From an uncultured Actinomycetes bacterium (GTDB lineage: Bacteria > Actinomycetota > Acidimicrobiia > IMCC26256 > JACDBD01), in assembly GCA_963836445.1 (NCBI GenBank), contig CAWIJM010000027.1:13163-77162 (forward strand): a stretch of DNA of 64,000 nt, in the 5' to 3' direction. Position 1 is the stretch's first letter; every line of letters starts with the position of its first letter. A model generated the notes under the pieces. The model saw nothing but the letters and a program-made list of their open reading frames with translations. It ran no database searches and had not been told where the DNA came from. Shown piece by piece: positions 37,505 to 48,939 of the stretch. The translations under genes and the position numbers were made by a program.

Positions 37505-38730
37505 CTACTTGCGGGGGAGCAGGGCGCGGTCGGCGATGATGTTCTTCTGCACCTCGGTGGCGCCGGCGCCGATCGTCGTGTAGCGCTGGAACGAGTAGAG
37601 GCGCGTCCATGTGCCGCCGTCGACGGCGTCGGGCCCACCCTTGGCGAGGAGCCCCGCCGGTCCGAGCAGGTCGACGGCGAGCTCGGCGAGCGTCTGGGCC
37701 AGGTAGCTCCACTGCAACTTGGCCAGCGGGACCTCGGGCCAGTTCTTCTCGCCCTTGATGATCTTCGTCAGTGCCCGGTAGTTGAGCAGCTTCGTGTACT
37801 CGATGTCCGTGAACGCACGTGCGATCCGCTCACGGATCTCGGGATCGCGCAACGCGTCCGGGTTCGTCGCCTTGGCGGCCGAGATCATCGAGCGCAGGTC
37901 CGCGGCCATGGTGATCGCCAGGCCGGCGGTGCCGACGCGCTCGTGTCCGAGCGTCCCCATCGCGACCTGCCACCCCTGGTCTTCCTCGCCCAGACGCCAG
38001 TCGGCGGGGATGCGCGCTTCCGTGAACCAGACCTCGTTGAAGAGCTCGTCGCCGGCGATGTCGCGGATCGGTCGGCATTCGATGCCCGGCGTGTGCATGT
38101 TGACGATGAACGCGGTGATGCCCTCGTGCTTGGCGCCGCGCTCGATCGCGCCGGGGTCGGTCCGGAGGAGGAAGAGTCCCCAGTCGGCGAGGTGCGCGGT
38201 CGAGATCCAGATCTTCTGTCCGTTGACGACGTACTCGTCGCCGTCGCGGGTCGCGGTCGTACGCAGGTTGGCGAGGTCGGAGCCGGCCTCGGGCTCGCTG
38301 AAGCCCTGGCACCAGTGCTCGGACGCGTCGAGGATGCCGGGCAGCCATCGCTGTTTCTGCTCGTGGGTGCCCCACTTGATGATCATGGGACCGATCTGCC
38401 AGATGCCGTTGGCGTTGTAGATGCCCGGCGCGCGGACGCGCGCGCGTTCTCCTCGGCGTGGATGACGTTCTGGACCGGCGTCGCCTCGCGTCCGCCCCAG
38501 TCCTTGGGCCAGTTGATCGCCGCCCACCGTCCCTCGTTCAGACGGCGCTGCCAGTCCTTGCGTCGCTCCTGGCTGCGGGAGACGCTCGACGACGTGCCAC
38601 CGGCGCGGCCGCCGGGAGGGAGGTCCTCGTCACCGCCCCAGTCGGCGAGGAACTTCGGCAGGTTCTCCTCGAGCCACCCTCGGAACTCGTCACGGAACGC
38701 GATGTCTTCCGGGGAGTAAGCGAAATCCAT
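37505..38730 (-). pseudogene. Acyl-CoA dehydrogenase (FadE-like, 'alpha' type), frame broken once in a (CG)5 run (or indel error)
   Basis: N-terminus MDFAYSPEDIAFRDEFRGWLEENLP...HAEENARA in ORF 38383..38790; remainder (..GIWQIGPMIIKWGTHEQKQRWLP...WCQGFSEPEAGSDLANLRT...) in ORF 37505..38527; junction 38425-38446. Confidence 0.8.
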
Positions 38731-38779
38731 CGAACGAACACTAACATCCGTGTCAGGTTTCTCGGGAGGCCGCGTTCCT

Positions 38780-39875
38780 TTGGATTTCACCTTCAGCGAC
38801 GATCAAGACGCGCTCCGCGAGTCGGTGCGCGCGTTCCTGGCGCGCGAGGCGCAGAGCAGCTACGTGCAGGAGATGGCCGACGACGAGCGCGGCTTCACCG
38901 ACGCGATGTGGGACAAGGTCGCAGAGCTCGGTTGGCCCGGCCTGCTCGTTCCCGAGACGAACGGCGGCCTCGGTCTCGGACTCGTCGACATGGCCGTCGT
39001 CATGGAGGAAATGGGGCGTCTGCCGCTCCCGGGGCCGTTCTTCTCGTCGTCGGTCTTCGCCACGCTCGCGGCTCGCCGGCTCGAGGACGCCGACCTGCTC
39101 GCGCAGCTCGCGTCGGGCGCGATCCGCGGGACGGTCGCGCTCGAGGAGCTCGGCCACGACGATCCCGTGGACCGCGTGCATACCCGCGCCCGGCGCAAGG
39201 GCGCCGACTGGGTGCTCACGGGTCAGAAGCCGCTCGTGCTCGACGGGCACACGGCGGACTGGGTGATCGTCGTCGCGCGCACCGAGGAGGGGCTGGGCTC
39301 GTTCCTGCTCGAGGCCCCGCGCGGCGAGGCGGTCCCGACGATGGACCCGACGCGGCAAGGCGGCCCGTCTCGTGCTCGAGGAGCGCCGGGCCGTGCCGGT
39401 CGGCCCGCGCGGCGACCAGACCGGGTTGTGGCGTCGGGTCGTCGACGACGCGTCGGTCATGCTCGCGGCGGAGCTCGTCGGCGCGTGCGACGCCGCGCTC
39501 AATCTCGCGACCGAGTACGCCAAGGTGCGGGTGCAGTTCGACCGGCCGATCGCCACGTTCCAGGCCATCCGGCACAAGGCCGTCGACATGCTGCACCAGC
39601 TCGAGCTGGCGCGCGTGGGGACGCACTACGCGGCGTGGGCGTCGGACGTCGACGACCCGAGCCGTGAGCGGGCCGCCGCCATGGCCAAGGGCTTCGTCGC
39701 CGAGGCGGCCGTGTTCATCTCCGGCGAGGACATCCAGATCCACGGCGGCGTCGGGTTCACCTGGGACTGCGACGCGCACCTGTACTACAAGCGGGCGAAG
39801 ATGAACGACGTGATGCTCGGCTACCAGGGCTGGCAGCGCCGCCGCCTGGCCGACCTCGTGCTCGACAGCGCGTGA
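38780..39875 (+). pseudogene. Acyl-CoA dehydrogenase-like ('beta' type partner), frame broken once (or indel error)
   Basis: TTG 38780 after GGGAGG; LDFTFSDDQDALRESV...PTMDPTR in ORF 38750..39667, continuing KAARLVLEE...FDRPIATFQAIRHK...HGGVGFTWDCDAHLYYKRAK in ORF 39372..39875; junction about 39353-39360. Confidence 0.8.
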
Positions 39876-41567
39876 CGCAGACGGGTCGCGACAAGTTCAC
39901 CTCGCTGCACGACGCCGTCGCCGAGCACGTCCGGTCCGGCGACGCGCTCCACATCCTCGTCGGGCACACCCGCTGGACCGCCGCAGCCCGCGAGGTCGTA
40001 CGCCAGTGGTGGGGGAGGGACCCACGGTTCACGTTGGTGATGCTGAGCCTGTCGAGCCTGGGGACGCTCTTCTTCAAGGGCGGGCTCGTCGAGAAGGTCG
40101 TGACCGGGTACTCGGGCGACACGTTCCCGAACTTCACGCCCAACCCGATCTTCGCCCGGGCATACGAGCGGGGCGAGGTCGCCGTCGAGCACTGGTCCTT
40201 CCTCGCCTTCGCCCAACGGCTCGAGGCGGCGGCGTGCAACCTCCCCGCCGTCGTCACCCGCTCCGTCGGCGGCTCGTCGATGGAGGCGAACGACGCATAC
40301 GCCCGCGTCCCGTCACCCTTCGGCGAAGTCGGGCTGCTCGCCCCGTTGCACCCCGACGTCGCGCTGTTGCACGCCCCGGTCGCGGACCGGCACGGAAACG
40401 TCGCGCTCCATCCTCCGCTCTTGGAAGGCGCGTGGGGCGCACTGGCCGCGCGCCGCGGGTGCGGTTGTCACGGTCGAGCGGGTCGTCGAGGACCTCCGCC
40501 CCTGGTCGCACCTCGTTCGCATTCCCGCGCACCGTGTCCTCGCCGTCTGCGAAGCGACGATGGGAGCACACCCGGGCGGCTTGTTCACGGGCGACCTCCC
40601 GGTCGACGGGTACGGCGAGGACTACGAGTTCTGGGTCGAGGCGCGGGCAGCGACGCGTCGCGACGACTTCGAGGAGTGGATCCGCCACTGGGTGCTCGAC
40701 GTGGTCGACCAAGACGAGTACCTCGCGCGTCTCGGCGACGACCGGGTCGCGGCGCTGCGAGCCAAGGCTGCTCCCGACTCGTGGCATACCGACGAGGCTG
40801 CGCATCGACCCGATCTGGACGCGCCACCCAACCGCTGGGAGCTGGCCGCAGTCTCGGGCGCCCGGCACCTCGCCGAGCGCGTGCGGGCGCTCGATGCGAA
40901 CGCGGTGCTGGCCGGCGCCGGCGTGGCCAACCTGTCGGCATGGCTCGGCGTCGCGCAGGCCCGTTCGGCCGGCTGCGACGTGCAGCTCACGGCCGAGATC
41001 GGGCTGTGGGGTTACGAGCCGACGCCGGCCGACCCGTTCGTCCTCAACCACCGCAACTTCCCGCGTTCCACGATGCTGGGCGACGCCGGTCTCGTCCTGG
41101 GCACGCTCGTCGGCGGGCCGGGGACGACCACCGTGGCGTGCCTCGGTGGCGCGCAGGTCGACCGCTTCGGGAACATCAACTCGACGCTCGTTCCCGACGG
41201 CCCGTTCCTCGTGGGCTCGGGCGGAGGCAACGACGTCGCGAGCGTCGCCGCCGAGGCGATCGTGGTGGCGACTCTCACGCCCGGCCGCACGCCGCCCGAG
41301 TGCGGCTACATCACCTCACCGGGCCGAGCGGTGCGAGCCCTCGTGACGGATCTCGGCACGCTCGAGAAGGTCGACGGCGACGAGCTCGTGCTCACGGCCG
41401 TGCCGGCCGGCGACGGCTCGGTCGCCGAACGGATCGACACGGCGCGCGCCGCCTGCGGCTGGGACCTCGTAGTGGCCGGCGACGTCCGGGAGCTGTCGCC
41501 GCCAACGGCCGACGAGATCTCCGCGCTCCGCCGCTGGGACCCGCGCGGCTGGTTCCTCCGCGGCTGA
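39872..41567 (+). pseudogene. Fused two-domain CoA-transferase (glutaconate-CoA-transferase A+B-like), frame broken once (or indel error)
   Basis: N-domain (..LHDAVAEHVRSGDALHI...VVTGYSGDTFPNF...) is in frame 2 up to ..GALAARRG, then AVVTVERVVEDLRPW...MGAHPGGLF...GGAQVDRFGNINST...VGSGGGND in frame 0; extra G in the GGG at 40457-40459. Confidence 0.75.
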
Positions 41568-41726
41568 ACGTGAACAGTGGTCGACATCTTCGGGTGCCGC
41601 CGCCGCGGTCGGTGGCGACCCTGATATTCAGCCGCCGTTGGGCGCCCGTTCGCCGGAGTGGAAGCGGCCCCGTCGGAGGCGGGCCTATTCTCACCCGACC
41701 AGCAGGGCAGAGCAGACGAGGAGATC

Positions 41727-42811
<1,085 letters not shown>

Positions 42812-42815
<4 letters not shown>

Positions 42816-43810
42816 GCACGCCGGCCGACGCGGTGGGCCTTCGCCCCGACGAGGCGCCCGCCGTCGCCCCGGCGCCGCGGAAGCGCCGCTTCAGCCGGGG
42901 GGTGCGCGAAGCCGGACTCGGGTACCTGCTGCTGCTCCCCGCCTTCGTGATCTTCAGCGTCTTCATCTTCTATCCGTTCCTGCGCAACTTCTATCTGGGC
43001 TTCTTCTCCACGCCCCCGTTCCCGGGGCAGCCGAAGAGTTACGTCGGCCTCGACCAGTACAAGGACGTGCTGTCGTCATCGGAGTTCCTCGACAGCCTCA
43101 AGGTCACGGTGATCTTCGCCGCCATCACGGTTCCGGTCGGCATCGCCCTCGGCATCCTGCTCGCCGTGCTCGCGCACCAGAAGCTCAAGGGTGTCGGGAT
43201 CTACCGGGCGTTCTTCTCGTCGACGGTCGCGACGTCGATCGCGGTGGCATCGGTGATCTTCGGCACGTTGCTGAGCCCGCAGGTCGGCCTGCTGCAGGGC
43301 ATCCAGACCGAACCGTCGATCCTCCAGAATCCCGATCCGATCATCAACATCAGCCTGCCGGTGATCCGGAGCTTCATCCCGTCGGTTGCGCTGACGGCGG
43401 TGGCGGTGACGACGATCTGGCAGAACCTCGGATTGAGCTTCATCCTGATGTCGGCGGGCCTCCAGGCGGTTCCCGACGAGATCCAGGAGGCGGCGCAGAT
43501 CGACGGGGCCGGTCCGTGGACGCGTTTCTGGAACGTCACCTTGCCGCTCTTGTCACCGACCATCTTCTTCGCCTTCGTCGTCGGGTCGATCTTCGCTTTC
43601 CAGACGTTCGGGCAGATCGACCTGCTCACACCACGAGGCGGACCGCTCAAGACGACGAACGTGCTGACCTACTTCATCTACGACCAGCTGCAGTTCGCGA
43701 AGAACGACGGCAAAGCGGCGGTGCTGGCGATCGCCCTGTTCGGCGTGACGCTGCTCCTGACCCTGGTGCAGTTCCAGTTCCTCGAGCGGCGGGTGTCATA
43801 TGAGCGTTGA
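42812..43810 (+). CDS. Carbohydrate/glycerophosphodiester-type ABC transporter permease (MalF/UgpA-like)
   Basis: ATGA overlap with the ATPase gene; EAA loop AGLQAVPDEIQEAAQIDGAGPWTRFWNVTLPLL; 6 TM helices. Confidence 0.85.
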
Positions 43811-44705
43811 GCCGGTCGCACTCCGCGGGACCGAGCTCTCGGGGAAGGCGGGGACGGAGGTCGAGGCCGCCCGGCCGGGGAAGCGGGGCCGCCGGCTGCG
43901 CATCTTCGGGCGGTACGTGGCCTTGTCGGTGCTCGCCTTCGTCGTGTTGTTCCCGATCTACATCACGATCGTCAACTCGCTCCTGCAGCCGAGCCAGATC
44001 GCGTCGAGGTCGCCGACGTTCTTTCCGACGTCGCCGCAGTGGCATACGTACGCCGACGCTTGGAGCGACGGTCACCTGGGGACTTATCTCAGGAACAGCT
44101 TCATCCAGACCGGCCTGATCGTCATCGGCCAGCTCGTGACGGCGATCCTCGCCGGCTACGCCTTCGCGTTTCTTCGCTTCCCGTTCAAACGAACGTTGTT
44201 CGTGGTGTTCCTTGCGACCCTGATGGTGCCGTTCGAGATCACGATCGTCACGAACCTCCAGACGATCAACACGCTCGGCTGGTACGACACGTTCGCGGCG
44301 CTGGCGGTGCCGTTCCTCGCCACCGGCTTCGGTGCCTTCCTGCTCCGCCAGACCTTCCTCCAGCTGCCGAAGGACCTGCAGGACGCAGCGAAGCTCGACG
44401 GGTACGGCCATCTCCGCTTCCTGACCCGCGTGGCAGTGCCGTTGGCGCGCCCGACGATCGCCGCGCTGGCCGTGTTCTCGTTCCTTTCCGCCTGGAATCA
44501 GTACCTCTGGCCGTTGCTGGTGACGAAGGACGACCGGTTGCGAACCGTGCAAATCGGTCTCAAGCAGCTGCGCGCCACCAACATCGACCAGGTCAACGTC
44601 ACGTTCGCCGGCACGGTGATCGCGTTCATCCCCCTCGTCATCCTGCTGCTCATCTTCCAGAAGCAGTTGGTGCGCGGACTTACGGCCGGCGCCGTGAAAG
44701 GCTGA
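43800..44705 (+). CDS. Carbohydrate-type ABC transporter permease (MalG/UgpE-like)
   Basis: EAA loop LRQTFLQLPKDLQDAAKLDGYGHLRFLTRVAVPLARP; overlaps the previous gene by 11 nt. Confidence 0.88.
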   Translation: MSVEPVALRGTELSGKAGTEVEAARPGKRGRRLRIFGRYVALSVLAFVVLFPIYITIVNSLLQPSQIASRSPTFFPTSPQWHTYADAWSDGHLGTYLRNSFIQTGLIVIGQLVTAILAGYAFAFLRFPFKRTLFVVFLATLMVPFEITIVTNLQTINTLGWYDTFAALAVPFLATGFGAFLLRQTFLQLPKDLQDAAKLDGYGHLRFLTRVAVPLARPTIAALAVFSFLSAWNQYLWPLLVTKDDRLRTVQIGLKQLRATNIDQVNVTFAGTVIAFIPLVILLLIFQKQLVRGLTAGAVKG

Positions 44706-44731
44706 CCGTGCCACCGAGAACAGGAGTGTCC

Positions 44732-46147
44732 ATGCTCAGCTCCCGACTTGCGAAGCGCCTGACCGCGCTCGGCGTAGGCGCTGTGCTGGCTGTGGTCGGC
44801 CTCGCCATCCCCGTCGCGGGCGCCGCCCCGCCCGCCCAGTCGTCTGGTGGGAAGTGCCCGGTCAACGCGCTCAAGAACGCCAAGAGCAAGCCGGTCGAGA
44901 TCACGTATTGGCAAGGCGGGCTGCAGCGCGCCAACGAGGAGGCGATTCTGCGCCTCACCGACAAGTTCAACTCTTCGCAGAACGACGTGCGCGTGACCGT
45001 CGTCAACCAGACCACGTACGCCGACACGCTCAACAAGTTCCGAGCGGGTCTGTCGAGTGGCGATCTCCCAGACCTCGTCCAGATCGAGGACACCGGCCTG
45101 CAGCAGATGATCGACACGCAGGCAGTCCTCCCGGCGCAGGCGTGCGTCAAGGCCGACAAATACGACCTGTCGGACAACCTGAAGCGGGTCGTCGACTACT
45201 ACTCGGTGAAGGGCAAGCTCTGGCCGATGCCGTTCAACGTGTCGAACCCGATCCTCTACTTCAACAAGAAGGCGTTCGAGAGCGCCGGGCTCGACCCGAA
45301 CAACCCGCCGAAGACGCTCGACGAGGTGAAGACCGCCGCCCAGAAGCTCAAGGACTCCGGGACGGTGTCGCAGGCGGGCTTCGGCTTGAAGCTCGACCCG
45401 TGGTACCTCGAGCAGTGGTCGGCGCTGGGTGGCAAGACGTACGTGAACAACGGCAACGGACGCAAGAGCCGAGCAACCAGCACGACGTTCGACAACGCGA
45501 CCGGCAAGGAGATCTTCACGTTCCTGAACGACATGGTGAGTCAGGGCCTGGCGCGCACCAACCCCGCCGACGGCCAGAGCGCGTTCGACAACCTGATCGG
45601 CATCGGGAACGGCAACTTCGGCATGACGATCGACACGTCCGCCGCGCTCGGCACGATTCAGCAATTGCTGTCCAGTGGGCAGTATCCGAACGTCGAGCTC
45701 GGGGTCGCGCCGATGCCGGGCCCGAAGGGGAAGGGCGGCGTGCTCGTCGGCGGGGGCGCCAACTACATCGTGAACAAGTCCTCGCCCGAGAAGCAGGCGG
45801 CTGCGTGGCAGTACTCGAAGTTCCTCAACGATCCCGAGAACCAGGCCGATTGGAGCGTCTCGACGGGGTACATCCCGATCCGCCAGTCGGCGGCCGACCT
45901 GTCGCAGGTGCAGCAGTACTGGGCCGCGAACCCGGGGTTCAAGGTGGCCTACGACCAACTGGTGGGAGGTGTCACGAACACCGCCACGGCGGGCCCGGTC
46001 ATCGGCGACTATCAGGGCGTTCGGGACGTCGTCCTGGACTCCGAGCAGCAGATGTTCAACGGCATGTCCCCGAGCGCGGCGCTGAAGCAGGCCAAGCAGG
46101 ACGCCAACGCCAAGATCGAGGAGTACAACTCCCGAGTCAGCGGGTAG
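44732..46147 (+). CDS. ABC transporter extracellular solute-binding protein (family 1)
   Basis: Signal peptide MLSSRLAKRLTALGVGAVLAVVGLAIPVAGA; ITYWQGG...DLPDLVQIED...MPFNVSNPILYFNKKAFE... Confidence 0.88.
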   Translation: MLSSRLAKRLTALGVGAVLAVVGLAIPVAGAAPPAQSSGGKCPVNALKNAKSKPVEITYWQGGLQRANEEAILRLTDKFNSSQNDVRVTVVNQTTYADTLNKFRAGLSSGDLPDLVQIEDTGLQQMIDTQAVLPAQACVKADKYDLSDNLKRVVDYYSVKGKLWPMPFNVSNPILYFNKKAFESAGLDPNNPPKTLDEVKTAAQKLKDSGTVSQAGFGLKLDPWYLEQWSALGGKTYVNNGNGRKSRATSTTFDNATGKEIFTFLNDMVSQGLARTNPADGQSAFDNLIGIGNGNFGMTIDTSAALGTIQQLLSSGQYPNVELGVAPMPGPKGKGGVLVGGGANYIVNKSSPEKQAAAWQYSKFLNDPENQADWSVSTGYIPIRQSAADLSQVQQYWAANPGFKVAYDQLVGGVTNTATAGPVIGDYQGVRDVVLDSEQQMFNGMSPSAALKQAKQDANAKIEEYNSRVSG

Positions 46148-46205
46148 CTGGTCGCCAAGCTCGGGCTCCTGCTCCGGCGGTCGGCGAAGCCGCCGCCTCC
46201 GCGGG

Positions 46206-47342
46206 CTAGCGGCGCACGATGACGACCGACGCGTTCGCGCCGCGGCCGACGGTGTGGCCGAGCGCCACACGTGCCCCGTCCACCTGCCGTGGCCCCGCCT
46301 TCCCGCGCACCTGTGTCACGAGCTCGACGACCTGCCCGAGCGCGGACGCGCCCAGCGGCTCGCCCTTCGACAGGAGCCCGCCGCTCGGGTTCGCCGGGAC
46401 GCGGCCGCCGAGGCGGGTCACACCTTCGGTGATCCATTTCCCGGCGTCACCCTTGGGACAGAGCCCGAGCTCCTCGTACGACAGCAACTCGCGCGCCGCA
46501 TCGGTGTCCTGGCACTCGACGACGTCGACGTCGTCGGGCGCGACGCCCGCCTCCTCGTAGGCGGCCCGGGCCGCCAGAGTCGTCGGCGGCTCGACATCGT
46601 CGTCGGCGAGCCCGCTCAGCGGTGTGCCCTCCGAGAGGACCGAGCCCGGTAGGTGGGAGCGCAGCGCGGCGGCCTCGAGCGTGACGCCTGACCCGGAGCC
46701 ACCGGTCGGAGCGGCCCGCAGCACGACGGCGGCCGCGCCTTCGTTGGGCGAGCACAGCATCCAGAGGTGCAGCGGCTCGCACACGACGCGCGAAGCGAGT
46801 ACCTGCTCCACCGTCACCTCGCTGCGGAACATCGCGTTCGGATTGTCGACGCCGTGGGCCCGGTTCTTCACGACGACCTCTGCGAGCTGGTCCTTCGTGA
46901 CGCCCGACTCACGCATGAGACGTTGGGCGCGCAATGCGAAGTAGGCGGGCGTCGCCGCCAGCCCGGCTTCCTCCCGCCAGGGCTCGAAGAACGACGACCT
47001 GATGATCCCGCGGGGCATCTTCTCGATCCCGAACACGAGTGCGCAGTCGTACTGTCCGGCCCGGATCGCCCCGCCGGCGAGCATGAGCGCAGCGCCGCCG
47101 CTCGCGCACCCGGCTTCGACATCCACGATCGGAATGCCCGTGCGGCCGAGCGCGCCGAGCACCTTGTGCCCGGCGGCGACTCCGGCGTAGGCGGTGCCGC
47201 AGAACGCGGCCTGGAACTGCGGGTCACCGGCATCGCGCAGCGCCTCCCGAACCGCGGTGACGCCGAGCTCGGTGACGGTCCGGTCCTCGAACCGGCCGAA
47301 GGGATGGATGCCGATCCCCGCCACCTCGACGGTTCTCGTCAC
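46206..47342 (-). CDS. SCP-x-type thiolase-like protein (lipid-transfer protein/Ltp family)
   Basis: 378 aa; VEVAGIGIHPFGRF...IVDVEAGCASGGAALMLA...ECQDTDAARELLSYEELGL...NPSGGLLSKGEPLGASAL. Confidence 0.85.
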   Translation of the reverse strand: MTRTVEVAGIGIHPFGRFEDRTVTELGVTAVREALRDAGDPQFQAAFCGTAYAGVAAGHKVLGALGRTGIPIVDVEAGCASGGAALMLAGGAIRAGQYDCALVFGIEKMPRGIIRSSFFEPWREEAGLAATPAYFALRAQRLMRESGVTKDQLAEVVVKNRAHGVDNPNAMFRSEVTVEQVLASRVVCEPLHLWMLCSPNEGAAAVVLRAAPTGGSGSGVTLEAAALRSHLPGSVLSEGTPLSGLADDDVEPPTTLAARAAYEEAGVAPDDVDVVECQDTDAARELLSYEELGLCPKGDAGKWITEGVTRLGGRVPANPSGGLLSKGEPLGASALGQVVELVTQVRGKAGPRQVDGARVALGHTVGRGANASVVIVRR

Positions 47343-47734
47343 GGGCGGGCCACCGGGGCGAACGCGTAGGTCACGACCTCGGTGCCGTCTTCGTCCGTGT
47401 GGAGCGGCGCCAGCGCGAACTGCAGCGGCATGCCGAACGAAAGCTGGGCGGGGTCGGCTTGCTCGAGGCGGGTGATCACACGCACGCCCTCGGGCAGCTC
47501 GACGACACCGAAGCCGAACGGCACGTCACCGCCGTACCCGGGCGGCGCGGCCGTGACGGCGGTCCAGCCCCACAATGTGCCGGTCTCGGACAGCTCGACG
47601 CGGGCGACGCCGTCGGCGCCGCAGTAGGGACAGATCGAAGCGAAGGGGAAGTGATGCCGCCCGCAGACCGTGCACCGGCCGCCGATGAGATGGTTGTCCG
47701 TGAAGAGGCCGTCGTGCACAGGGCGTGTAGGCAT
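47339..47734 (-). CDS. DUF35 Zn-ribbon/OB-fold protein
   Basis: 131 aa; GGRCTVCGRHHFPFASICPYCGADG...GTLWGWTAV...FGFGVVELPEGVRVITRL; GTGA overlap with the thiolase-like gene. Confidence 0.85.
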   Translation of the reverse strand: MPTRPVHDGLFTDNHLIGGRCTVCGRHHFPFASICPYCGADGVARVELSETGTLWGWTAVTAAPPGYGGDVPFGFGVVELPEGVRVITRLEQADPAQLSFGMPLQFALAPLHTDEDGTEVVTYAFAPVARP

Positions 47735-48939
47735 CAGATCACCCCGTCGGCGGCCAGCGCGTCGAGCTCGTCGGTGGACAATCCGAGCACGTCGCCGAGG
47801 ACCTGGCGCGTGTGCGCACCGAGGCGCGGCGCGCCGCTCGGCGCGCTCGGCCGCTCCCCGGTGAACCGGGGGAACGGGGCCTGCTGGCGCATCGTGCCGG
47901 CCACCGGATCGTCGACCTCGACGAGGTCGCCGCGGGCGCCGAAGTGCGCGTCGGCGAACATGTCGGCGGCCGTGTAGGCGGTGGCGACCGGGACGTCGCA
48001 GTCGACACACGCCCGTTCGACGTCGGCGGCGGTGCGGGCGCGCGTCCACTCGGTGACGATGCCGTTGATCTCGTCTCCGTGCGCGGCCCGGTCGGCCAGC
48101 TTCGTGAAGCGGGCGTCGTCGAGGAGGTCGGGACGATCCATGGCCTTGCACAGGCGGGCGAAGTTGGCGTCGCTCCCGGCCACGATGCACACGAACTTCC
48201 CGTCGGCGGTGGGGTAGTTGTCCAGCGGCGCGGAGTTCGCCAGGCGGTTGCCCTCGCGATCACGGACCACGCCCAGCCGGTCGTAGGCCGCGATCGTCCA
48301 TTCGAGGATCCGCAGCGGAGCCCCGTACAGCGCGGCGTCGATCACGGCGCCTCGGCCGGACCGCCTGGTGTCGCGGGCGTACAGCGACGCAACCGCCGCG
48401 TGCGCAGAGAACACGCCCGTGAGGTAATCCGAGATCGTCACGCCGACGCGCACGGGCGGGCGGTCCGGGTAGCCGGTGAGCTGGAGCAGGCCGCCGTACC
48501 CGATGCCCATCCGGTCGAGGCCGGGCCGGGGCGCGTAGGGGCCGTCCTGCCCGAAGGCGCTGATGCGCACGAGGACGAGCTTCGGGTCGAGATCCGCGGG
48601 GCCGATGTGCCACTGCTCGAGTGTGCCGGGGCGGAAGTTCTCGACGACGACATCCGCGGTCGCGGACAGACGTCGGAACAGGTCCTGCCCCTCGTCGCGC
48701 CGGAGGTCCAGCGTGATGCTCTTGCGCCCTCGTCCCTCGACGGCCCAGAACAGCGAGTAGCTCTCGCCGTCGTCGGCCTCCATGAACGGGCCGATCTCGC
48801 GCATGAAGTCGCCGCTGCCCGGCTGCTCGACCTTGACGACCTCCGCCCCCATCTCGCCGAGCAACCCGGCGCAGAACGGCGCTGCGATGCGCGTGCCCAG
48901 ATCGAGGACGCGCAGACCCTCGAGTGGCCCGCTCGTCAC
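47734..48939 (-). CDS. CaiB/BaiF family (class III) CoA-transferase / alpha-methylacyl-CoA racemase family
   Basis: GLRVLDLGTRIAAPFCAGLLGEMGAEVVKVE...VVENFRPGTLE...SAFGQDGPY...GYGGLLQLTG...SDY. Confidence 0.9.
   Translation of the reverse strand: MTSGPLEGLRVLDLGTRIAAPFCAGLLGEMGAEVVKVEQPGSGDFMREIGPFMEADDGESYSLFWAVEGRGRKSITLDLRRDEGQDLFRRLSATADVVVENFRPGTLEQWHIGPADLDPKLVLVRISAFGQDGPYAPRPGLDRMGIGYGGLLQLTGYPDRPPVRVGVTISDYLTGVFSAHAAVASLYARDTRRSGRGAVIDAALYGAPLRILEWTIAAYDRLGVVRDREGNRLANSAPLDNYPTADGKFVCIVAGSDANFARLCKAMDRPDLLDDARFTKLADRAAHGDEINGIVTEWTRARTAADVERACVDCDVPVATAYTAADMFADAHFGARGDLVEVDDPVAGTMRQQAPFPRFTGERPSAPSGAPRLGAHTRQVLGDVLGLSTDELDALAADGVI

Noticed and set aside
46174-46194. Hairpin CGGCGG-N9-CCGCCG between the convergent binding-protein and thiolase-like genes, considered as a bidirectional terminator
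   Set aside because: The stem is only 6 bp and has no flanking T or A tract. It is not distinguishable from chance in 70% GC DNA.
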